Below the pieces are notes generated by a model. It searched no databases. It was not told the DNA's origin and saw only the letters and a list, made by a program, of their open reading frames with translations. Shown here piece after piece: positions 11,406 to 21,213 of a stretch of 59,441 nt of DNA. The stretch is from contig CAJWWJ010000001.1 in NCBI GenBank assembly GCA_913048575.1, positions 1 through 59,441 of the forward strand, given 5' to 3'. A program made the position numbers and the translations under genes. The stretch comes from an uncultured Halieaceae bacterium. GTDB lineage: Bacteria; Pseudomonadota; Gammaproteobacteria; Pseudomonadales; Halieaceae. Within the stretch, counting starts at the first letter, position 1, and each line of letters begins with the position of its first letter.

Positions 11406-14180
11406 GTGACTATGGACAAGAATTTTTCACCTGCTGATATCGAAGGACGATGGTATGACTATTGGGAGGCCAATGGTTACTTTGCGCCATCGGGCGAAGG
11501 GCCCGCGTTTTGCATCCCCATCCCTCCCCCTAATGTCACCGGCACGCTCCACATGGGGCATGGTTTTCAGCAAGCCATCATGGACGCATTGGTGCGTTAT
11601 CAGCGAATGCGAGGCCACAACACACTGTGGCAGGTGGGCACAGATCACGCGGGTATCGCCACGCAAATGGTAGTCGAGCGACAGCTAGAATCAGAGGGCT
11701 CCTCCCGTGAAGCACTCGGCAGGGAAGCCTTTACTGAGCGTGTATGGGACTGGAAAGCGGAATCCGGCGGAGCAATCACGCAACAGTTGAGACGTTTGGG
11801 CACGTCACCGGACTGGAGCCGCGAACGCTTCACGATGGACCCAGGGCTATCACAAGCGGTCCAGCGCGTTTTTATCACGCTATTTGAAGAGGGACTCATT
11901 TATCGAGGGCATCGGCTCGTCAACTGGGACCCCACTTTTCACACTGCCATTTCTGATCTTGAAGTTGTGCAAGAGGAAGAAGCCGGCTCTCTGTGGCACC
12001 TGCGATATCCGCTGCAGGGCCAAGACGGGCACTTGGTGGTGGCGACCACTCGCCCGGAAACCATGCTGGGCGACACGGCGGTTGCAGTCCATCCAGATGA
12101 CGATCGTTATCAACACCTGATTGGCAGTCACATTGCCCTACCCCTGACCGATCGTACTATCCCCATCATTGCTGATGACTATGTCGACCCTGAATTTGGC
12201 TCAGGCTGCGTCAAGATCACACCAGCACACGACTTCAATGATTATGCGATGGGAGAGCGTCATCAGCTCCCAAAAATTAATATCCTCACCGCCAACGCGG
12301 CGATCAACGATGCGGCACCAGAGCGGTTCAGGGGCATGGATCGCTTTGTGGCGAGAAAGGCAGTCGTTGCTGAGCTCGAGGCACTAGGGCTACTCGAAAA
12401 AATTGAGCCCCACACCCTCAAAGTGCCGCGAGGCGATCGCTCGGGCGCCGTCATAGAGCCTTGGCTGACCCCGCAGTGGTATGTCGATGCAAAAAAACTT
12501 GCCGTTCCTGCTATCGAAGCTGTCGAACAGGGCGCCATCCAATTCGTACCCAAGCAATGGGAAAACACCTACTTCTCCTGGATGCGCGACATTCAAGACT
12601 GGTGTATCAGCCGCCAACTGTGGTGGGGGCATCGCATACCAGCATGGTATGACGACGCAGGTAACATCTATGTGGGTGACTCTGAAGCAGCGGTGCGCGT
12701 TAAACATCAACTGCCAGACACCATGATCCTGCGACAAGATGACGACGTGCTCGACACTTGGTTTTCCTCTGCACTGTGGACGTTTTCTACCCTTGGCTGG
12801 CCAGATAACACCGATGATCTCAAGACGTTCCACCCGGCATCGGTACTGGTCACCGGCTTTGACATCATCTTCTTTTGGGTCGCGCGGATGATCATGATGT
12901 CACTGCATTTTATGAAGGAAGTGCCTTTCCACACGGTCTATGTTCATGGACTCGTGCGCGACGGTGAAGGGCAGAAGATGTCAAAATCCAAAGGGAATGT
13001 ATTAGACCCAATCGATCTGATCGACGGCATATCCCTCGACGCGTTGCTGGCGAAGCGCACTGCCAACCTCATGCAGCCGCAGTTAACCGCTAAAATCGAT
13101 AAAGCCACACGTAAACAATTTCCAGATGGCATCCTGGGCTACGGCACCGACGCACTGCGTTATGCGTTTTATTCATTGGCCTCAACGGGAAGAGATATCA
13201 AATTTGATATCGGGCGAATAGAGGGCTATCGCAATTTCTGCAACAAGATCTGGAACGCGTCTCGGTACGTCTTAAGCCATGCTGAAGGCCATGATCTACT
13301 ATCTAAAAGAGGCGAAGACTCACTGGCGGACCGCTGGATCAAAAGCCGGATGGAGTCGACCCTTCAAGTGGTCGATAGCGCCTATGCTCAGTATCGATTT
13401 GACCTAGCATCACAAGCGCTATACGACTTTGTGTGGAATGAATTTTGCGACTGGTACCTCGAACTCTCCAAACCCGTGCTTTGGGATGAGGACACCAACG
13501 CTATGGCGGCACTGGGGACACGGCAGACACTCATCACGGTACTGGAGCAATCGCTTCGGATGCTGCATCCCTTTATGCCCTACTTAACCGAAGAGATTTG
13601 GCAGAGCGTCAGCCCGTTCGCCGGCACGCAGGGTGACAGCATTATGCTGGCCCCCTGGCCAACTTACAGCGCGGAGCAGATCGACGAGGAATCGGAGGGT
13701 GAAATTGAGTGGCTGAAGACAATAATTATTGCGATCCGCACGATTCGTGCGGAAGCCAACATCCCACCATCAACTGAACTGACCGTATTAGTAAGCCACG
13801 CATCCGAACAAGACAAAGCACGCCTGACACGGAATACAGCCTATCTCGCTAAGTTGGCCAAAGTCAGCCAGCTGACCGCCCTATCACCTGACGCAGAACC
13901 CCCTCCCAGCCTAATGGCGCTTTGTGGAGAGCTTGAAATTCGTGTACCCATGGCAGGGGTCATTGATATCGAGCAAGAGCTAGTGCGGCTAGACAAAGAG
14001 ATCACCAAGCACGAGTCTGAGCTCGCTCGACTCGAGGGAAAGCTCAACAATAAGGCCTTTGTCGAACGAGCTCCCACCGAAGTCGTGCTCGCAGAGCGTC
14101 AAAAGCAAGAGCAAGCCGCGTCGTCGATTGCAACACTGAGACGACAAAGATCGCAAATAGAGGTATTGCGTTCCGCCTAA
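11406..14180 (+). CDS. valS: Valine--tRNA ligase
   Basis: [25 protein letters not shown] and KMSKS motifs, with a C-terminal coiled coil. Start is 11406 or 11412. Confidence 0.99.
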   Translation: MTMDKNFSPADIEGRWYDYWEANGYFAPSGEGPAFCIPIPPPNVTGTLHMGHGFQQAIMDALVRYQRMRGHNTLWQVGTDHAGIATQMVVERQLESEGSSREALGREAFTERVWDWKAESGGAITQQLRRLGTSPDWSRERFTMDPGLSQAVQRVFITLFEEGLIYRGHRLVNWDPTFHTAISDLEVVQEEEAGSLWHLRYPLQGQDGHLVVATTRPETMLGDTAVAVHPDDDRYQHLIGSHIALPLTDRTIPIIADDYVDPEFGSGCVKITPAHDFNDYAMGERHQLPKINILTANAAINDAAPERFRGMDRFVARKAVVAELEALGLLEKIEPHTLKVPRGDRSGAVIEPWLTPQWYVDAKKLAVPAIEAVEQGAIQFVPKQWENTYFSWMRDIQDWCISRQLWWGHRIPAWYDDAGNIYVGDSEAAVRVKHQLPDTMILRQDDDVLDTWFSSALWTFSTLGWPDNTDDLKTFHPASVLVTGFDIIFFWVARMIMMSLHFMKEVPFHTVYVHGLVRDGEGQKMSKSKGNVLDPIDLIDGISLDALLAKRTANLMQPQLTAKIDKATRKQFPDGILGYGTDALRYAFYSLASTGRDIKFDIGRIEGYRNFCNKIWNASRYVLSHAEGHDLLSKRGEDSLADRWIKSRMESTLQVVDSAYAQYRFDLASQALYDFVWNEFCDWYLELSKPVLWDEDTNAMAALGTRQTLITVLEQSLRMLHPFMPYLTEEIWQSVSPFAGTQGDSIMLAPWPTYSAEQIDEESEGEIEWLKTIIIAIRTIRAEANIPPSTELTVLVSHASEQDKARLTRNTAYLAKLAKVSQLTALSPDAEPPPSLMALCGELEIRVPMAGVIDIEQELVRLDKEITKHESELARLEGKLNNKAFVERAPTEVVLAERQKQEQAASSIATLRRQRSQIEVLRSA

Positions 14181-14230
14181 AGCCCTGATAAGACTACATA
14201 CAATAATAATAGTTATGCGGTGGAGTTTTT

Positions 14231-14443
14231 ATGTCAGACCGCCAGGTAGGAACCGTTAAGTGGTTCAACAACGCCAAAGGTTTTGGTTTTATCACTATGG
14301 CCGACCGGCCAGACGATATCTTTGTGCACTTTAGGGCGATTCAAGGCGATGGGTATCGCAGCCTTAATGAAGGGCAAGAAGTAGAGTTCGCTTTGGTAGA
14401 AGGCCCTAAGGGTCTGCAGGCCGAGGAAGTTACCAAACGCTGA
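14231..14443 (+). CDS. Cold-shock domain protein
   Basis: RNP1 KGFGFI, RNP2 IFVHF and GTVKWFN; GGAG RBS. Confidence 0.96.
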   Translation: MSDRQVGTVKWFNNAKGFGFITMADRPDDIFVHFRAIQGDGYRSLNEGQEVEFALVEGPKGLQAEEVTKR

Positions 14444-14500
14444 TACCCTCTCGTCGGCAGGTTTGTTAAGCTCGCGCTCCCCGTGAACGCGAGAAGCACT

Positions 14501-15193
14501 ATGTCAACTTCGAAACCCGCTGCTGTCAGCCAGACCAAGGCGGCGTCTGCCCGCCAAAAAAAGTCTCGACCTTCTGCCGTCAGCGCTAAGAATGTGCGCC
14601 GTTTTCGGGGTGTCGCAATGCCGTATGCAAGCCACGCCTGCATCCGCGCAGTAAAACGAGCAGGTCATGAACCCAGCATCCACGGGACCAAGCTGTGGAA
14701 ATCAAGCTGCCTCATCATTGACTACCTCAAAAAAAATACACCACTGCGACGGCAACGCATACTTGATGCTGGCTGCGGATGGGGCATCACTGGAATTTGG
14801 TGTGCTCAACAATGGGGCTCAGAGGTCGTCTCAATGGACGCCGATCCCGCTGTATTCCCTTATCTCGATGCCGTCGCTGCGCTCAATGGGGTCTCCACGA
14901 CACCTTGGGTACAGCGCTTTGAAAAGGTGCAGAAGAAAGATCTCAGGCAAACCGATATTTTATTCGGCGGCGATATTTGTTTCTGGGACGAACTCGTTAA
15001 ACCAGTCGGCACAATGATCGACCGTGCCATCGACGCAGGTGTCGGCACGATCGTGATCGGAGATCCCGAGCGGCCCACCTTTCACCAAATGGCCGAAAAA
15101 GCAATCCAAAGGCACGGCGGCGAGTTGCTGAACTGGCGGCTCACGGGGTCAGTGAAAGCAACGGGCGCTCTGCTCGTCATTCACAACGACTGA
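14501..15193 (+). CDS. Class I SAM-dependent methyltransferase (METTL21/Methyltransf_16-like)
   Basis: HGTKLWKSS, ILDAGCGWG (motif I), DILFGGDICF and IGDPER. Start is 14483 (GTG) or 14501 (ATG). Confidence 0.8.
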   Translation: MSTSKPAAVSQTKAASARQKKSRPSAVSAKNVRRFRGVAMPYASHACIRAVKRAGHEPSIHGTKLWKSSCLIIDYLKKNTPLRRQRILDAGCGWGITGIWCAQQWGSEVVSMDADPAVFPYLDAVAALNGVSTTPWVQRFEKVQKKDLRQTDILFGGDICFWDELVKPVGTMIDRAIDAGVGTIVIGDPERPTFHQMAEKAIQRHGGELLNWRLTGSVKATGALLVIHND

Positions 15194-16402
15194 TCACTGC
15201 GTCAACACAACCTCCATGACCAACGGGCTTAGCGCAACAGGCTCCACACAGTTACGCAGGGCAGGACGGAAAGCGGTGTTGCGCAGCAGTCTTTTGAGCT
15301 TGGCCCCGGCGCGATCATCACTGGGCGAATTGGAGGCGGTCACCACAACATCCTTGGCGACACCTCGATCCGTCACTGAGAGCGTCACCTGAGTCACAGG
15401 TGGGCCCGGATCAGGGAGCATAAGTCGCCCTAGAGCGGGGTACTCTGGCAGCGCTCCGGGCTTCTCAAAACGACCTGGGTGCATCTGGCAAGCCTGCTCG
15501 TACAGTGCCAGCGCACGAGTTTTCTGCCGATAAAACCACCGCCAATCGGCAAGCGCTGAGAGCGCGTCATGCTGAGCAGGTGCGACGCTCAGCAATTGCT
15601 CAAACAAGTCCTCCCCTTTGCTCATGAGGCGCCTCTGTAACGCCTCGAGCCGCGGTTCTCGCTCTAACGAACTCCATTCGGGGTCCGAAAAAGTGCGCTC
15701 GAACCGTTGATCGTCCACTAACACATCCAACTTGAACTCGAGGACATAATAAAAACCCGCTAGACGAAACGTAAAAGGTTGACACCATTGACTGCTAACC
15801 GACGGGTCTTGGCAGACTGCCGCAGTCATGTCGTCAAATCGGTCATGAAACCGAAGTAACTCTCGACCTCGCGGACCCCATTCGACATCCATCAAGACAT
15901 CCAAAGTGACATCAAAAAATTCGAGTGCCGCTTTGAGCTCTCCCTCTTCGAATGGCGGCAACCCAGATCCGAGTAATCGGAACTGATATGCCGCCCTCTC
16001 CTCTAGGGCTTCACGGTCACCCGATTCTAGATACAGAGCGATCAAGCCCCGCAAGATGGGTAATTGCTGATCGCCATAAAGGCCGTTGTTAACCCGCGCA
16101 TTATGCAATGCCCGATCATAGAACTCCGCCGCGCGAGACAGATCGCCCGATGCTGACGCGATGGCGGCAACCTCCACCATTAACGCCGCTAGTGAAGGGT
16201 GATACGGCCCAAGGGACTGCTCTTGCTCAAGCAAAACCACCTCAGCCGCAGCAACATCCGCTCTCGTGCTCAACTCCGGCGACGCCTCTGCACTGGGATT
16301 TTTTGTGGCCTCGGATGACGCCACAAACAGCCCAAAAGGCACTGGCGTCTCGGCTAAGGTGAGGTTGCCTGCGAACAGCAACAGGAGCGTCAGATATTTC
16401 AC
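15194..16402 (-). CDS. Exported helical-repeat (TPR-like) protein with possible TonB-C-like C-terminus
   Basis: Signal peptide from GTG 16402 (VKYLTLLLLFAGNLTLA). LGPYHPSLA/GLYGDQQLPIL TPR-like segment and a C-terminal VTDRGVAKDV...AFRPA. The upstream ORF extension to 16621 crosses a terminator and was discarded. Confidence 0.6.
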   Translation of the reverse strand: MKYLTLLLLFAGNLTLAETPVPFGLFVASSEATKNPSAEASPELSTRADVAAAEVVLLEQEQSLGPYHPSLAALMVEVAAIASASGDLSRAAEFYDRALHNARVNNGLYGDQQLPILRGLIALYLESGDREALEERAAYQFRLLGSGLPPFEEGELKAALEFFDVTLDVLMDVEWGPRGRELLRFHDRFDDMTAAVCQDPSVSSQWCQPFTFRLAGFYYVLEFKLDVLVDDQRFERTFSDPEWSSLEREPRLEALQRRLMSKGEDLFEQLLSVAPAQHDALSALADWRWFYRQKTRALALYEQACQMHPGRFEKPGALPEYPALGRLMLPDPGPPVTQVTLSVTDRGVAKDVVVTASNSPSDDRAGAKLKRLLRNTAFRPALRNCVEPVALSPLVMEVVLTQ

Positions 16403-16441
16403 AGTGCATGAGCCTGGCGGGGTCGGTGGAGAATATAACGC

Positions 16442-16469
16442 AAAAAAACCCCGCCGAGAGATCGGCGGG
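16442..16469 (-). terminator. Rho-independent terminator (minus strand)
   Basis: 8-bp GC stem CCCGCCGA-TCTC-TCGGCGGG followed by G and T7 on the minus strand. Confidence 0.85.
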
Positions 16470-16540
16470 TAAAAGCTTTTACGGACTCTGGCCGCGGCAC
16501 ACGCTAGGAGGGAACTGCGCGCCCCGCATCGGGCCTGTGA
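16442..16540 (-). ncRNA. Candidate ~100-nt small RNA (or attenuator leader) divergent from LysR
   Basis: A -10-like CATAGT (16549-16544), a structured non-coding stretch containing UUCCCUCCU, a U-rich segment and an intrinsic terminator. No credible ORF and no recognised Rfam family. Confidence 0.5.
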
Positions 16541-16561
16541 TTTACTATGAATGAGCTGTAT

Positions 16562-16577
16562 CATTACTGCTAATGTA
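16562..16577. promoter_or_regulatory. Dyad CATTA-N4-TAATG / T-N11-A, probable LysR binding site
   Basis: Inverted repeat cattactgctaatg in the AT-rich divergent region about 45-60 bp upstream of the LysR start. Confidence 0.45.
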
Positions 16578-16620
16578 TTTTTTTGATTCAACGTAGTCCC
16601 CTGCGTTATAAGAGAACTCA

Positions 16621-17562
16621 ATGAACCTCAGTCGACTGGCAAAAATTGACCTTAACCTATTGGTTGCACTGCATATTTTACTCGAAGAAGGCAGCGTTTC
16701 TAAAGCCGCTAGCAAGCTGTCGATCACCCAACCTGCCATGTCAAAAACGCTGGGTCGGCTGCGGGAGACGTTCGATGACCCGCTATTTGTTCGCAGTAAG
16801 AGAGGGGTACAACCCACGCCTCGAGCCCTTGGGCTCGCCGCGGAATTAAAAGTCACGCTTGAACAAATCGACGGCCTGCTGGACGCAGGGGAATTTCTCC
16901 CTGCTTCTTATAGAGGTCAGATCACGCTGGCGATCTCTGAATATGTGGGCTTTACACTGTTACCGCCGCTCTCAGCCAGACTGCAATCAAGTGCGCCGAA
17001 GCTGCGATTGCGCACCATCACCAGAGCAGAACGGCAGCTGGATCAGCTAGCGAGTGGAGAGCTCGATTTTGCCATCCAAATTCAGAGGGAAGACTACGCA
17101 CCAGAATTCTCAGTTTTACCCTTAGCAGATTCACCGCTAGCCATATTCGTGCGGCAAGATCACCCGCTAGTCCAGCTGACGCTCACCAAGGAGTTGATCC
17201 GCCAGTATCCGCACATCGCGCTCTATGTCGCCGATCGAGAGGAGCTGATCGGCGGACAAGTGCTCGCGAAAGAGTTATTTGAGAGTGACAAGGGCATATT
17301 GGAAACCTCTCATCTCTTGACCGCCTTTGAAATTCTCAGAGAGACTGACTATCTCCTAATATGCCCCGCCTACCTTGCTCGTAACGAGGGGGCCACGCGG
17401 GACATTGTGGCACTGACCTTACCGGTTGACCTCACCTTCAGCGTTCAGTACTCACTCATTGCGCATCGGCGCACCGATCACTCGCCTATGCACCGATGGC
17501 TTTGGCAAGAAATTATCGATACGGTTCAGGCGATGCGCTTTCGCACAGTCCATCGCGGATAG
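16621..17562 (+). CDS. LysR-type transcriptional regulator (NodD/LeuO/YidZ-like)
   Basis: IDLNLLVAL...SVSKAA..LSITQPAMSKTLGRLRETFDDPLFVR helix-turn-helix; 313 aa. Confidence 0.95.
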   Translation: MNLSRLAKIDLNLLVALHILLEEGSVSKAASKLSITQPAMSKTLGRLRETFDDPLFVRSKRGVQPTPRALGLAAELKVTLEQIDGLLDAGEFLPASYRGQITLAISEYVGFTLLPPLSARLQSSAPKLRLRTITRAERQLDQLASGELDFAIQIQREDYAPEFSVLPLADSPLAIFVRQDHPLVQLTLTKELIRQYPHIALYVADREELIGGQVLAKELFESDKGILETSHLLTAFEILRETDYLLICPAYLARNEGATRDIVALTLPVDLTFSVQYSLIAHRRTDHSPMHRWLWQEIIDTVQAMRFRTVHRG

Positions 17563-17634
17563 CATAGCGACTGACCGATAATCCTTGTCGAAAATTGTGC
17601 GATAATTAATATTGATAACTTGTGTTGCCCCCCA

Positions 17635-18438
17635 ATGAGCTCATCTACACGCCGTGCCATACCGCGCTTTGATACGCCTATCGTTGAAACGCATTGCCAT
17701 CTCGACTATCTCGGTGATGAGGGGCTAGAAAGCGCCTTACATGCCGCGGAGGATGTCGGTATCGAGCGCATTGTCACGATTGCGGTATCAGCAGAGAATC
17801 TCGATACGGTGCGGCGCATCGCGACCGATCACGCTCAAGTTTGGTGCACACAGGGAATCCATCCTCACGAAGCCGATAGCTGGAGTGATGAGCTCAGCAA
17901 ACGCATTACCGAAAACTGCAGCAGCACAAAGGTCGTCGCCATTGGCGAGATTGGTCTCGACTATCACTATGACCACGCCGATCGCCGAACCCAAGCAGAA
18001 GCGTTTGACGCACAGTTGAATATTGCCTCAGAGGCGGGCTTACCCGTCGTCATTCACACCCGAGAAGCCGATGAAGACACTCGCGCAATCTTAGCGAACC
18101 ACAGCCAAACACTAAAAAATAAGGGGGTGATACACAGTTTTACAAGCTCACTATCCCTCGCCGAATTCTGCTTGAGCGAGGGATTTATGCTGGGGTTCAA
18201 TGGCATTATCACCTTCCGTAATGCCGAAAATGTGCGCGACGTTGCTGACGCCACACCCACTGACCGCATCGTCTTAGAAACTGATGCCCCCTACTTAACC
18301 CCCGTGCCCTATCGCGGGCAGCCCAATGAACCACGCTACCTGCCTTTTATTGCTGAAACCTTAGCCGGCATCAAAAAGCTCGATACCGAAGTGTTTCTTG
18401 AGCACGCACGACGCAACAGCTACCAACTGTTTTTCTAG
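17635..18438 (+). CDS. tatD: TatD family deoxyribonuclease
   Basis: ETHCH, GIHPH, GEIGLDY, IHTR, IHSF and LETDAP motifs. Confidence 0.93.
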   Translation: MSSSTRRAIPRFDTPIVETHCHLDYLGDEGLESALHAAEDVGIERIVTIAVSAENLDTVRRIATDHAQVWCTQGIHPHEADSWSDELSKRITENCSSTKVVAIGEIGLDYHYDHADRRTQAEAFDAQLNIASEAGLPVVIHTREADEDTRAILANHSQTLKNKGVIHSFTSSLSLAEFCLSEGFMLGFNGIITFRNAENVRDVADATPTDRIVLETDAPYLTPVPYRGQPNEPRYLPFIAETLAGIKKLDTEVFLEHARRNSYQLFF

Positions 18439-18441
18439 ACG

Positions 18442-21192
18442 ATGACCGATATGTTTATTCCCGGACAACGATGGGTCAGTCACGCCGATAGCACGCTCGG
18501 ACTAGGGATTGTCACCACCGCTGATACCCGGCGCGTCACACTGCATTTTCCGGCTGTTGAAGAGGAGCGGGTCTACGCGACTGACCGCGCACCTTTGACC
18601 CGGCTGCTACTAAAAACCGGCGATCAACTGACCCGCATGGACGGCGCCTCACTCATCGTGGTGACCGCTGAGCAGCATGCAGGGATCATGGTTTATGCCG
18701 CGGAGGATCAGCAGGGTGAGCTCTGCCAGGTCAACGAATCTGAGCTTGATGCCCATATCGAACTCAACACGCCAGTTGAGCGACTACTGAACAGTCAGCT
18801 GGGTAAGCCTGCCGACTTTGGATTGCGTCAAACAACACTAGACCATAATGCCTCAGCTGATGGGTTCGGGCTGCGCGGTTTACTGGGTGCTCGCACCACC
18901 CTCCTGTCCCACCAGCTCTACGTCGCCGCCACCGTTGGCGCCCGATTTGCACCAAGAGTCCTGCTGGCTGATGAAGTCGGGTTAGGTAAAACGATTGAAG
19001 CTGGCCTCATTGTCAGTCAGCAACTGTTGCGTCAACGCGCGCAGCGCGTGCTGATTCTCACGCCCGAAACGCTGACACATCAATGGCTCATCGAGATGCA
19101 AAGGCGCTTTCACTTGTCCTTCTCGCTATTAAATGCGGCACGACTCGAAGACACCGACCCCAGTGAGGAATTCGCTGAATCCCCTCTGGTGCTATCGCCC
19201 ATCAATCTTTTTGAGTCTGACCCAGCGCTTCAGGAGTGTGTTCTGCAAACGGAATGGGACATGGTTGTGATTGATGAAGCCCACCACATCACCGGCCTGA
19301 ATCACCCTCGCTCGAGTTTGGGCGAGTTTGTCCATACGCTCTCTCAGCATACCCGAGGGCTTCTGCTATTGACCGCCACGCCCGAGCAGGCAGGCCTTGA
19401 GAGCCATTTTGAACGGCTACAACTTATCGACCCGGCAAGGTTCAATGATTTCCAGCAGTTCAAAAAAGAGCAAACTCAGTTTACTGCCTGGAATCACGCG
19501 ATCGAACAGCTCGAACAAGGGCAGCCCTGTGATCTGCCCGCTGACATCGACACCAATGCCAATTCTGCAGACCAAATCCAACAGATGTTAGATCGATACG
19601 GCACAGGCAGAGTGCTCTATCGTAATACCCGCCAAGGTATTTCTGGCTTTCCCAATCGGCACCATCAGTGCTACCCACTGGCGACGCCTGAACTTTATGT
19701 CAGCAACGGAAACCATCTCCATCCGGAAACGCTGCACCCCGAAGCACAATGGATTGAAGCAGACCCTCGGGTCACCTGGCTTCAAGAGCAATTGAAGCAA
19801 CTGCGGCCCCATAAAGCGCTCGTGATTTGTGCTGACAAGCACACGGCCATGGGTCTTGAACATCATCTTCACCTCAAAGCGGGCGTTCGATGTGCTGCCT
19901 TCCACGAAGACCTCAGCCTAGTAGAACGTGATCGCGCGGCAGCCTATTTCGCCGAGGAATCAGGTGGTGCCCAAGCGCTTATCTGCTCTGAAATTGGCAG
20001 CGAGGGGAGAAACTTTCAGTTCGCCAAACACCTTATCTGCTTCGATCTACCGAGGCACCCCGACTTACTAGAACAACGTATTGGACGGCTCGACCGGATT
20101 GGTCAGGGGAGCGATATTTATTTACACCTGCCGATTCTGGAACAAACCGCGCAGGCAGTGGTGTACCGTTGGCTAGATGAAGGCCTAAACGCCTTCAATG
20201 CCACTTGCTCGGTGGGTCATCAGTTGTACTCTGAGTTTGCTGACGCATTAGCTGCGGCAACGGAGGACGGCAGCGGACTAGACGATCTGATAGAGGCAAC
20301 CCGCCAACGCCGACAAGACCTGCTCCAAGAGTCTGAAAAAGGGCGTGACCGCCTGCTGGAGCGCAACTCCCATAACGCTGAACGAGGTGCAGCCATAATC
20401 ACTCAACTCGAACAGCGAGAATCCGCGGAAACGTTGCACGCTTTTTGCGACATGCTGTTTGATCGTATTGGCATTGATCAAGATTATCTCGACGAGCAAT
20501 TGACCGTCATCAAACCCACTGAAAATTTGGTCACCGGACAACTGCCCGGATTGGATGAAAATGGTGCCACAGCGACTTATGACCGCACTACCGCATTAAG
20601 CCGCGACGACGTTATCTTTTTGACTTGGGAACACCCCATCGTCATGGAGTCGATGGCCACCTTGCTCAGCAGTGATATTGGGAAAGCCAGCATCGGTACT
20701 TTTAAGCACCGAGGCGTGCCGGCGGGCACCGTACTCCTCGAAGCCCTTTACCGGGTCGAGTGCCTCGCACCGAGATATTTAGAGACGGGACAATTTATCG
20801 ATCAAACACCTTTGCGAATGCTGCTAACTGCAGAAGGCAAAGAAGTGGGCGACCGACTCTCATCGTCATTCCTCGCGGAGCATTTACAAAACGTTCCGAC
20901 AGCAACCAGCGCTGCAGCGCTCAGCAAACTCCGCCAAACACTTGAATCACTATTTCCCGTGCTTGATGCAGCAGCGGCCAAAACGGTCATCGCTCGCCGC
21001 GAGCAGGCCGTTACGCACGCTCGGCAAACACTCAATTTAGAATGGGATCGGTTGCAGTATCTGCAATCCGTCAACCCCACGATTCGAGAAGAAGAAGTGC
21101 TGGCCATGGCACAGCATCGTGACGCCTGTTGCGAGGCGCTCTCCCAAGCCCAGCCAGTGCTGGAGGGTTTGCGGGTCTGCATCGCAGTCTAA
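18442..21192 (+). CDS. rapA: RNA polymerase-associated SNF2 ATPase RapA
   Basis: GQRWVS..LGLG N-terminus, DEVGLGKT, DEAHH, SEIGSEGRNFQFA and QRIGRLDRIGQ. Confidence 0.96.
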   Translation: MTDMFIPGQRWVSHADSTLGLGIVTTADTRRVTLHFPAVEEERVYATDRAPLTRLLLKTGDQLTRMDGASLIVVTAEQHAGIMVYAAEDQQGELCQVNESELDAHIELNTPVERLLNSQLGKPADFGLRQTTLDHNASADGFGLRGLLGARTTLLSHQLYVAATVGARFAPRVLLADEVGLGKTIEAGLIVSQQLLRQRAQRVLILTPETLTHQWLIEMQRRFHLSFSLLNAARLEDTDPSEEFAESPLVLSPINLFESDPALQECVLQTEWDMVVIDEAHHITGLNHPRSSLGEFVHTLSQHTRGLLLLTATPEQAGLESHFERLQLIDPARFNDFQQFKKEQTQFTAWNHAIEQLEQGQPCDLPADIDTNANSADQIQQMLDRYGTGRVLYRNTRQGISGFPNRHHQCYPLATPELYVSNGNHLHPETLHPEAQWIEADPRVTWLQEQLKQLRPHKALVICADKHTAMGLEHHLHLKAGVRCAAFHEDLSLVERDRAAAYFAEESGGAQALICSEIGSEGRNFQFAKHLICFDLPRHPDLLEQRIGRLDRIGQGSDIYLHLPILEQTAQAVVYRWLDEGLNAFNATCSVGHQLYSEFADALAAATEDGSGLDDLIEATRQRRQDLLQESEKGRDRLLERNSHNAERGAAIITQLEQRESAETLHAFCDMLFDRIGIDQDYLDEQLTVIKPTENLVTGQLPGLDENGATATYDRTTALSRDDVIFLTWEHPIVMESMATLLSSDIGKASIGTFKHRGVPAGTVLLEALYRVECLAPRYLETGQFIDQTPLRMLLTAEGKEVGDRLSSSFLAEHLQNVPTATSAAALSKLRQTLESLFPVLDAAAAKTVIARREQAVTHARQTLNLEWDRLQYLQSVNPTIREEEVLAMAQHRDACCEALSQAQPVLEGLRVCIAV

Positions 21193-21213
21193 ACTGCGAT
21201 GCCAATTATTAGC

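Noticed and set aside
16403-16621. 73-aa N-terminal extension of the 475-aa ORF
   Set aside because: It runs through an intrinsic terminator and the LysR promoter region, and the signal peptide begins at GTG 16402.
17601-17619. Fur-box-like GATAATTAATATTGATAAC upstream of tatD
   Set aside because: Only 12/19 match with poor dyad symmetry and no iron-related context; more simply an AT-rich promoter.
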